Assembly (NCBI GenBank): GCA_951406725.2
Contig: OX597817.1
Location: 153,512,001 to 153,576,000, forward strand
Direction of reading: 5' to 3'
DNA: 64,000 bases
Source of the DNA: Octopus vulgaris
Lineage: Eukaryota
In this document: positions 52,901 to 64,000 of the stretch, one piece after another
Layout of the letters: each line of letters starts with the position of its first letter
Position numbering within the stretch: position 1 is the stretch's first letter
Notes under the pieces: generated by a model
What the model was told of the DNA's origin: nothing
Seen by the model: only the letters and a program-made list of their open reading frames with translations
The model's database searches: none
Program-made: the position numbers and the translations under genes

Positions 52901-55900
52901 TGTTTGATGAAAGTGTTTGATTAAAATATTTGATGAAAATATTTCATGATAAAAGTTTCATGAAAAATGTTTGATGAAATCGTTTGAGGAGAATGTTTAA
53001 TGAACTTATTTGAAAATGTTTGATAAAAATGTTTGATGAATTTTTTTGATGAAAATGTCTGATGAAAATGTTTCATGAAAATGTCTGGTGAAAATGTCTG
53101 ATGAAAAATGTTTATGAAAATGTTTGAGGAAAATGTCTGATGGAAATGTTTGATGAAAATGTCTGATGAAAATGTTTGATGAAAATGTTTGATGAAAATT
53201 TCTGATGAAAATGTTTAATATGATAAAAATGTTTGATAAAAATGTTTGATGATAATGTCTGATGAAAATGTTTGATGAAAATGTCTGAAAATGTTCCATG
53301 AAAAATGTTTGATGAAAATGTCTGATGAAAATGTCTGATGAAAACGTTTGAAAATATCTGAAAATATTTGATGAAAATATTTGTTGAATATGTCTGAAGA
53401 AAATGTTTGATGAAAATGTTTGATGAAAATTTCTGATGAAAATGTCTGAAGAAAAATGTTTGATGAAAATGTTTGATGAAAAAGTCTGATGAAAATGTTT
53501 GATGAAAATGATTCATGAAAATGATTATTGAAAATGTTTCATGAAAATGTCTGAAAATATTTGATGAAAATGTTTGTTGAATATGCTTGAAGAAAATGTT
53601 TGATGAAAAATGTTTGATGAAAATGTTTGATAGAAATGTCTGATGAAAATATTTGATGAAAATGTTTGATGAAAATGGTTGATGAAACTGTGTGATGAAA
53701 ATGTTTGATGAAAATGTTTGTTGAAAATGTCTGAAAATGTTTGATGAAAATGTCTGATAAAAATGTTTGATATGATAAATATGTTTCATGAAAATGTTTG
53801 ATGATAATGTCTGATTAAAATGTTTGATAAAAATGTTTCATGATAAATGTTGAAAATGTCTGAAAAAATGTTTGATGAAAATGATTGATGAATATGTTTC
53901 ATGAAAATGTTTGATGAAAATGTCTGATGAAAATGTTTGATGAAAATGATTCATGAAAAATATTTGATGAAAATGTTTGATGAAAATGTTTGATTAAAAT
54001 ATTTGATGAAAATGTTTGATGATAAATGTTTGATGAAAAATGTTTGATGAAATCGTTTCAGGAGACTGTTTCATGAAATTATTTGAAAATGTTTGATGAA
54101 AATGTTTGATGAAATTTTTTGATGAAAATGTTTGACGAAAATGTCATGAAATTGTTTGATTAAAATATATGATGAAAATGTTTGATGACAAATGTTTGAT
54201 GAAAAACGTTTGATGAAATTGTTTGAGGAGAATGTTTAATGAAATTGTTTAATGAAAGTGTTTGATGAAAATGTTTGATTAAAATATTTGATGAAAATGT
54301 TTGATGATAAATGTTTCATGAAAAATGTTTGATGAAATCGTTTGAGGAGAATGTTTAATGAAATTATTTGAAAATGTTTGATAAAAATGTTTGATGGAAA
54401 TGTTTGATGAAAATGTTTGATGAAATTGTTTCATGAAAAAAGTTTGATGAACTGTTTGATGAAAATGTCTGATGAAAATGTTTGATGAAATTGTCTAATG
54501 AATGTGTTTGATGAAAATGTTTGATTAAATATTTGATGAAAATGTTTGATGATAAATGTTTGATGAAAAATGTTTGATGAAGATGTGTGATGAAAATGTC
54601 TGATGAAAATGTTTGATGAAAATGTTTAATGAATGTGTTTGATGAAAATGCTTGATTAAAATATTTGATGAAAATGTTTGATGAAAATGTTTGATGATAA
54701 ATGTTTCATGAAAAATGTTTGATGTAATCGTTTGAGGAGAATGTTTAATGAAATTATTTGAAAATGTTTGATGGAAATGTTTGATAAAAATGTTTGATGA
54801 AATTTTTTGATGAAAATGTTTGATGAAAATGTTTTATGAAAATGTATGATTAAAATATATGATGAAAATGTTTGTTGATAAATGTTTGATGAAAAATGTT
54901 TGATGAAATTGTTTGGGGAGAATGTTTGATGAAAATATTTGAAAATGTTTGATGAAATATACTTGATGAAAATGTTTGATTAAAATGTTTGATGAAATAT
55001 ATTTGATGAAAATGTTTGATGAAAATGTTTGATGAAAATGTTTGATGAAATATATTTGATGAAAATGTTTGATGAAAATGTTTGAAGATAAATGTTTGAT
55101 GAAAATATTTGATGAAAATGTTTTATGAAAATGTTTGGTGAAACTGTTTGATGAAAATATTTGATGGATTTGTTTGATGAAAATATTCGAAAATGTTTGA
55201 TGAATATGTTAGATGAAATTGTTTAATGAAAGTGTTTGATAAAAATGTTTGATTAAAATATTTTATGAAAATAGTTGATGATAAATGTTTCATGAAAAAT
55301 GTTTGATGAAATCGTTTGAGGAGAATTTTTAATGAAATTATTTGAAAATGTTTGATGAAAATGTTTGATAAAAATGTTTGATGAAATTTTTTGATGAAAA
55401 TGTCTGATGAAAATGTTTAATGAAAATGTTTGATGAAAATGTCTGATGAAAATGTTTAATATGATAAAAATGTTTGATAAAAATGTTTGATGATAATGTC
55501 TGATGAAAATATTTGATGAAAATGTCTGAAAATGTTTGATGAAAATGTTTGATGAAAATGTCTGATGAAAATGTTTGATGAAAATGTTTGATGAAAATGT
55601 TTCATGAAAAATGTTTGATGAAAATATCTGAAAATGTTTGATGAAAATGTCTGATGAAAATGTCTGATGAAAATGTCTGAAAATGTTTGATGAAAATGTC
55701 TGAAAATGTTTGATGAATATGTCTGATGAAAATGTCTGGTGAAAATGTCTGATGAAAATGTTTGATGAAAATATTTGATGAAAATGTTTGATGAAAATGT
55801 TTGATGAAATTGTTTAATGAAAGTGTTTGATGAAAATGTTTGATTAAAATATTTGATGAAAATATTTCATCATAAATGTTTCATGAAAAATGTTTCATGA

Positions 55901-58900
55901 AATCGTTTGAGGAGAATGTTTAATGAAATTATTTGAAAATGTTTGATAAAAATGTTTGATGAAATTTTTTGATGAAAATGTCTGATGAACATGTTTCATG
56001 AAAATGTCTGGTGAAAATGTCTGATGAAAAATGTTTAATGAAAATGTTTGAAGAAAATGTCTGAAGGAAATGTTTGATGAAAATTTCTGATGAAAATGTT
56101 TAATATGATAAAAATGTTTGATAAAAATGTTTGATGATAATGTCTGATGAAAATGTTTGATGAAAATGTCTGAAAATGTTTGATGAAAATGTTTGATGAA
56201 AATGTTTCATGAAAAATGTTTGATGAAAATGTTTCATGTAAAATGTTTGATGAAAATGTCTGAAAATGTTTGATGAAATTGTCTGATGAAAATGTCTGAT
56301 GAAAATGTCTGAAAATGTTTGATGAAAATGTCTGAAAATGTTTGATGAATATGTCTGATGAAAATGTCTGGTGAAAATGTCTGATGAAAATGTTTGATGA
56401 AAATGTTTGATGAAATTGTTTAATGAAAGTGTTTGATAAAAATGTTTGATTAAAATATTTGATGAAAATATTTCATGATAAATGTTTCATGAAAAATGTT
56501 TGATGAAATCGTTTGAGGAGAATGTTTAATGAAATTATTTGAAAATGTTTGATAAAAATGTTTGATGGAAATGTTTGATGAAAATGTTTGATGGAATTGT
56601 TTCATGAAAATGTTTGATGAAATGTTTGATGAAAATGTTTGATGAAAATGTTTGATGAAATTGTCTAATGAATGTGTTTGATGAAAATGTTTGATTAAAT
56701 ATTTGATGAAAATGTTTGATGATAAATGTTTGATGAAAAATGTTTGATGAAGATGTGTGATGAAAATGTCTGATGAAAATGTTTGATGAAAATGTTTAAT
56801 GAATGTGTTTGATGAAAATGCTTGATTAAAATATTTGATGAAAATGTTTGATGAAAATGTTTGATGATAAATGTTTCATGAAAAATGTTTGATGTAATCG
56901 TTTGAGGAGAATGTTTAATGAAATTATATGAAAATGTTTGATGGAAATGTTTGATAAAATGTTTGATGAAATTTTTTGATGAAAATGTTTGAAGAAAATG
57001 TTTTATGAAAATGTATGATTAAAATATATGATGAAAATGTTTGTTGATAAATGTTTGATGAAAAATGTTTGATGAAATTGTTTGGGGAGAATGTTTGATG
57101 ATAATATTTGAAAATGTTTGATGAAATATACTTGATGAAAATGTTTGATTAAAATGTTTGATGAAATATATTTGATGAAAATGTTTGATGAAAATGTTTG
57201 ATGAAATATATTTGATGAAAATGTTTGATGAAAATGTTTGAAGATAAATGTTTGATGAAAATATTTGATGAAAATATTTGATGAAAATGTTTGGTGAAAC
57301 TGTTTGATGAAAATATTTGATGGATTTGTTTGAGAATGTTTGATGAAAATATTCGAAAATGTTTGATGAAAATGTTAGATGAAATTGTTTAATGAAAGTG
57401 TTTGATAAAAATGTTTGATTAAAATATTTTATGAAAATAGTTGATGATAAATGTTTCATGAAAAATGTTTGATGAAATCGTTTGAGGAGAATTTTTAATG
57501 AAATTATTTGAAAATGTTTGAGGAAAATGTTTGATAAAAATGTTTGATGAAATTTTTTGATGAAAATGTCTGATGAAAATGTTTAATGAAAATGTTTGAT
57601 GAAAATGTCTGATGAAAATATTTAATATGATAAAAATGTTTGATAAAAATGTTTGATGATAAAGTCTGATGAAAATATTTGATGAAAATGTCTGAAAATG
57701 TTTGATGAAAATGTTTGATGAAAATGTCTGATGAAAATGTTTGATGAAAATGTTTGGTGAAAATGTTTCATGAAAAATGTTTGATGAAAATATCTGAAAA
57801 TGTTTGATGAAAATGTCTGATGAAAATGTCTAATGAAAATGTCTGAAAATGTTTGATGAAAATGTCTGAAAATGTTTGATGAATATGTCTGATGAAAATG
57901 TCTGGTGAAAATGTCTGATGAAAATGTTTGATGAAAATATTTGATGAAAAAGTTTGATGAAAATGTTTGATGAAATTGTTTAATAAAAGTGTTAGATGAA
58001 AATGTTTGATTAATATATTTGATGAAAATAATTCATCATAAATGTTTCATGAAATATGTTTGATGAAATCGTTTGAGGAGAATGTTTAATGAAATTATTT
58101 GAAAATGTTTGATAAAAATGTTTGATGAAATTTTTTGATGAAAATGTCTGATGAAAATGTTTCATGAAAATGTCTGGTGAAAATGTCTGATGAAAAATGT
58201 TTAATGAAAATGTTTGAGGAAAATGTCTGAAGGAAATGTTTGATGAAAATGTCTGATGAAAATGTTTGATGAATATGTTTGATGAAAATTTCTGATGAAA
58301 ATGTTTAATATGATAAAAATGTTTGACAAAAATGTTTGATGATAATGTCTGATGAAAATGTTTGATGAAAATGTCTGAAAATGTTTGATGAAAATGTTTG
58401 ATGAAAATGCTTCATGAAAAAATGTTTGATGAAAATGTTTCATGTAAAATGTTTGATGAAAATGTCTGAAAATGTTTGATGAAAAGTCTGATGAAAATAT
58501 TTGATGAAAATGTCTGAAAATGTTTGATGAAAATGTCTGAAAATGTTTGATGAATATGTCTGATGAAAATGTCTGATGAAAATGTCCGATGAAAATGTTT
58601 GATGAAAATGTTTGATGAAAATGTTTGATGAAAATGTTTGATGAAATTGTTTAATGAAAATGTTTGATAAAAATGTTTGATTAAAATTTTTGATGAAAAT
58701 ATTTCATGATAAATGTTTCATGAAAAATGTTTGATGAAATCGTTTGAGGAGAATGTTTAATGAAATTATTTGAAAATGTTTGATAAAAATGTTTGATAAA
58801 AATGTTTGATCATAATGTCTAATGAAAATGTTTGATGAAAATGTCTGAAAAATGTTTGATGAAAATGTTTGATGAAAATGTTTGATGAAAAATGTTTGAT

Positions 58901-61900
58901 GAAAATGTCTGATGAAAATGTCTGATGAAAACGTTTGAAAATATCTGAAAATATTTGATGAAAATGTTTGATGAATATGTCTGATGAAAATGTTTGATGA
59001 AAATGTTTGATGAAAATGTCTGATGAAAATGTCTGAAGAAAAATGTTTGATGAAAATGCTTGACGAAAATGTCTGATGAAAATGTTTGATGAAAATGATT
59101 CATGAAAATGATTATTGAAAATGTTTCATGAAAATGTCTGAAAATATTTGATGAAAATGTTTGTTGAATATGTCTGAAGAAAATGTTTGATGAAAAATGT
59201 TTGATGAAAATGTTTGATGAAAATGTCTGATGAAAATGTTTGATGAAAATGTTTGATGAAAATGGTTGATGAAAATGTGTGATGAAAATGTTTAATGAAA
59301 ATGTTTGTTGAAAATGTCTGAAAATATTTGATGAAAATGTCTGATGAAACTGTTTGATATGATAAATATGTTTCATGAAAATGTTTGATGATAATGTTTG
59401 ATGAAAATGATTGATGAATATGTTTGATGAAAATGTTTGATGAAAATGTCTGATGAAAATGTTTGATGAAAATGATTCATGAAAAATGTTCGATGAAAAT
59501 GTTTGATGAAAATGTTTGATGAAAATGTTTGAAGAAAAATGTTTGATGAAAATGTGTGATGAAAATGTTTGATGAAAAAGTTTGATGAAAATGTTTGATG
59601 AAAATGTCTGATGAAAATGTCTGAAAATGTTTGATGAAAATGTCTGATGAAAATGTCTGATGAAAATGTTTGATGAAAATGTCTAATGAAAATGTTTGGT
59701 GAAAATGTTTAATGAAAATGTTTGATGACAATATTTGATGAAAATATTTGATGATAAATGTTTGATAAAAAACGTTTGATGGAATTGTTTGAGGAGAATG
59801 TTTGATGAAAATATTTGAAAATGTTTGATGAAAATGTTTGATAAAAATGTTTGATGAAATTTTTTGATGAAAATGTTTGATGAAAATGTCTGATGAAAAT
59901 GTTTGATAAAAATGTTTGTTTAAAATATTTGATGAAAATGTTTGTTGAAAATGTCTGAAAATGTTTGATGAAAATGTCTGATGAAAATGTTTGATATGAT
60001 AAATATGTTTCATGAAAATGTTTGATGATAATGTCTGATGAATATGTTTGATAAAAATGTTTCATGAAAAATGTTGAAAAAATGTTTGATGAAAATGATT
60101 GATGAATACGTTTGATGAAAATGTTTGATGAAAATGTCTGATGAAAATGTTTGATGAAAATGATTCATGAAAAATGTTTGATGAAAATGTTTGATGAAAA
60201 TGTTTGATGAAAATGTTTGATGAAAAATGTTTGATGAAAATGTTTAATGAAAATGTCTGATGAAAATGTCTGAAAATGTTTGATGAAAATGTCTGATGAA
60301 AATGTCTAATGAAAATGTTTGATGGAAATGTTTGATGATAATGTTTGATGAAAATGTCTGAAAATGTTTGATGAAAATGTCTGATGAAAATGTCTGATGA
60401 AAATGTTTGATGAAAATGTCTGATGAAAATGTTTGGTGAAAATGTTTAATGAAAATGTTTGATGACAATATTTGTTGAAAATGTTTGATGATAAATGTTT
60501 GATGAAAAACGTTTGATCGAATTGTTTGAGGAGAATGTTTGATGAAAATATTTGAAAATGTTTGATGAAAATGTTTGATAAAAATGTTTGATGAAATTTT
60601 TTGATGAAAATGTTTGATGAAAATTTTTGATGAAAATATTTGTTTAAAATATTTGATGAAAATGTTTGATAAATGTTTCATGAAAAATGTTTGATGAAAT
60701 AGTTTGAGGAGAATGTTTAATGAAATTATTTGAAAATGTTTGATGACAATGTTTGATAAAAATGTTGATGAAGATGTTTGATGAAAATGTCTGATGAAAA
60801 TGTTTGATGAAAATGTTTAATGAATGTGTTTGATGAAAATGTTTGATGAAAATGTTTGATGAAAATGTTTGATGATAAATGTATGATGAAAAATGTTTGA
60901 TGAAATTGTTTGAGGAGAATGTTTCATGATAATTTTTGAAGATGTTCGATGAAAATGTTTGATGGAAATGTTTGATGAAAATATTTGATGAAAATGTTTG
61001 GTGAAAATGTTTGATGAAAATGTTTGATGACAATATTTGATGAAAATGTTTGATGATAAATGTTTGATGAAAAACGTTTGATGGAATTGTTTGTGGAGAA
61101 TGTTTGATGAAAATATTTGAAAATGTTTGATGAAAATGATTGATAAAAATGTCTGATGAAAATGTTTGATGAAAATGATTCATGAAAAATGTTTGATGAA
61201 AATGTTCGATGAAAAATGTTTGATGAAATCGTTTGAGGAGACTGTTCCATGAAATTATTTGAAAATGTTTGATGAAAATGTTTGATGAAAATGTTTGATG
61301 AAATTTTTTGATGAAAATGTTTGATGAAAATATCTTATGAAATTGTTTGATTAAAATATATGATGAAAATGTTTGATGATAAATGTGTGATGAAAAATAT
61401 TTGATGAAATTGTTTGAGGAGAATGTTTGATGAAATTGTTTAATGAAAGTGTTTGATGAAAATGTTTGATTAAAATATTTGATGAAAATGTTTGATGATA
61501 AATGTTTCATGAAAAATGTTTGATGAAATCGTTTGAGGAGAATGTTTCATGAAATTATTTGAAAATGTTTGATGAAAATGTTTGATGAAATTGTTTCATG
61601 AAAAAAGTTTGATGAACTGTTTGATGAAAATGTCTGATGAAAATGTTTGATGAAATTGTCTAAAGAATGTGTTTGATGAAAATGTTTGATTAAAATATTT
61701 GATGAAAATGTTTGATGATAAATGTTTCATGAAAAATGTTTGATGAAATTGTTTGAGGAGAATGTTTGATGAAATTGTTTAATGAAAGTGTTTGATGAAA
61801 ATATTTGTTTAAAATATTTGATGAAAATGTTTGATGATAAATGTTTCATGAAAAATGTTTGATGAAATCGTTTGAGGAGAATGTTTAATGAAATTATTTG

Positions 61901-64000
61901 AAAATGTTTGATGAGAATGTTTGATAAAAATGTTTGATGAAGATGTGTGATGAAAATGTCTGATGAAAATGTTTGATGAAAATGTTTAATGAATGTGTTT
62001 GATGAAAATGTTTGATTAAAATATTTGATGAAAATGTTTGATGAAAATGTTTGATGATAAATGTTTCATGAAAAATGTTTGATGTAATCGTGTGAGGAGA
62101 ATGTTTAATGAAATTATTTGAAAATCTTTCATGGAAATGTTTGATAAAAATGTTTGATGAAATTTTTTGATGAAAATGTTTGATGAAAATGTTTGATGAA
62201 AATGTTTGATTAAAATATTTGAAAATGTTTGATGATAAATGTTTGATAAAAAATGTTTGATGAAATCGTTTGAGGAGACTGTTTCATGAAATTATTTGAA
62301 AATGTTTGATGAAAATGTTTGATGAAAATGTTTGATGAAATTTTTTGATGAAAATGTTTGATGAAAATATCTTATGAAATTGTTTGATTAAAATATATGA
62401 TGAAAATGTTTGATGATAAATGTTTGATGAAAAATGTTTGATGAAATTGTTTGAGAAGAATGTTTGATGAAATTGTTTAATGAAAGTGTTTGATGAAAAT
62501 GTTTGATTAAAATATTTGATGAAAATGTTTGATGATAAATGTTTCATGAAAAATGTTTGATGAAATCGTTTGAGGAGAATGTTTCATGAAATTATTTGAA
62601 AATGTTTGATGAAAATGTTTGATAAAAATGTTTGATGAAAATGTTTGATGAAAATGTTTGATGAAATTGTTTCATGAAAAAAGTTTGATGAACTGTTTGA
62701 TGAAAATGTCTGATGAAAATGTTTGATGAAATTGTCTAACGAATGTGTTTGATGAAAATGTTTGATTAAAATATTTGATGAAAATGTTTGATGATAAATG
62801 TTTGATGAAAAATGTTTGATGAAATTGTTTGAGGAGAATGTTTGATGAAATTGTTTAATGAAAGTGTTTGGTGAAAATATTTGTTTAAAATATTTGATGA
62901 AAATGTTTGATGATAAATGTTTCATGAAAAATGTTTGATGAAATCGTTTGAGGAGAATGTTTAATGAAATTATTTGAAAATGTTTGATGAGAATGTTTGA
63001 TAAAAATATTTGATGAAGATGTGTGATGAAAATGTCTGATGAAAATGTATGATGAAAATGTTTAATGAATGTGTTTGATGAAAATGTTTGATTAAAATAT
63101 TTGATGAAAATGTTTGATGAAAATGTTTGATGATAAATGTTTCATGAAAAATGTTTGATGTAATCGTGTGAGGAGAATGTTTAATGAAATTATTTGAAAA
63201 TCTTTGATGGAAATATTTGATAAAAATGTTTGATGAAATTTTTTGATGAAAATGTTAGATGAAAATGTTTGATGAAAATGTTTGATTAAAATATATGATG
63301 AAAATGTTTGTTGATAAATGTTTGATTAAAAATGTTTGATGAAATTGTTTGGGGAGAATGTTTGATGAAAATATTTGAAAATGTTTGATGAAATATATTT
63401 GATGAAAAAGTTTGATGAAAATGTCTGGTGAAAATGTCTGATGAAAATGTTTGAAGATAAATGTTTGATGAAAATATTTGATGAAAATGTTTGATGAAAA
63501 TGTTTGGTGAAACTGTTTGATGAAAATATTTGATGGAATTGTTTGAGAATGTTTGATGAAAATATTCGAAAATGTTTGATGAAAATGTTTGATGAAAATG
63601 TTTAATGAAATTGTTTAATGAAAGTGTTTGATGAAAATGTTTGATTAAAATATTTGATGAAAATATTTGATGATAAATGTTTCATGAAAAATGTTTGATG
63701 AAATCGTTTGAGGAGAATTTTTAATGAAATTATTTGAAAATGTTTGATGAAAATGTTTAATAAAAATGTTTGATGAAATTTTTTGATGAAAATGTCTGAT
63801 GAAAATGTTTAATATGATAAAAATGTTTGATAAAAATGTTTGATGATAATGTCTGATGAAAATGTTTGATGAAAATGTCTGAAAATGTTTGATGAAAATG
63901 TTTGATGAAAATGTCTGATGAAAATGTCTGATGAAAATGTCTGAAAATGTTTGATGAAAATGTCTGAAAATGTTTGATGAAAATGTCTGAAGAAAATGTT
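46982..64000. repeat. Satellite array of 13-bp monomer TGATGAAAATGTT, >17 kb, runs off the window end
   Basis: Continuous tandem monomers with recurrent variants (gtctgatg, gaggagaatg, gaaattg) and no interspersed elements. Confidence 0.99.

Noticed and set aside
46978-62925. Many long minus-strand ORFs (NIFIKHFHQTFSS repeats, up to 288 aa)
   Set aside because: The 13-bp monomer has no stop codon on that strand, so ORFs arise automatically. Frequent indels switch frames.
46982-64000. CRISPR-like or C/D-box snoRNA array (TGATGA and CTGA words)
   Set aside because: There are no unique spacers and no terminal stems or guide regions. It is a simple tandem satellite.

Overview
This is eukaryotic, AT-rich, repeat-saturated DNA with no intact host protein-coding exon that I can support. 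The SINE families and microsatellite load look like an octopus/coleoid cephalopod genome (recognition-based inference). Bases 1-46980 are a mosaic of tRNA-derived SINEs (at least 4 families), microsatellites, mariner/Tc1/pogo remnants, three Helitron-like elements, an LTR remnant with a tRNA-Trp-like PBS, a decayed RTE LINE, a young 5'-truncated R4/Dong LINE inserted in (TAA)n, and two Penelope (GIY-YIG) remnants. Bases ~46982-64000 are a >17 kb satellite of a 13-bp monomer (TGATGAAAATGTT) with kb-scale higher-order repeats. The most interesting signal is about ten type-I hammerhead-ribozyme-like motifs in short non-coding elements, mostly beside (TA)n tracts and often with fold-back ends. Four carry the compensatory U3-A8 core and two carry an A6U core, suggesting several families of non-autonomous Penelope/retrozyme-like elements. 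A candidate promoter lies near 19.6-19.95 kb. Nearly all ORF-track entries are microsatellite, SINE or satellite artefacts. All RNA structures were paired by eye, and repeat boundaries are approximate unless termini are quoted.
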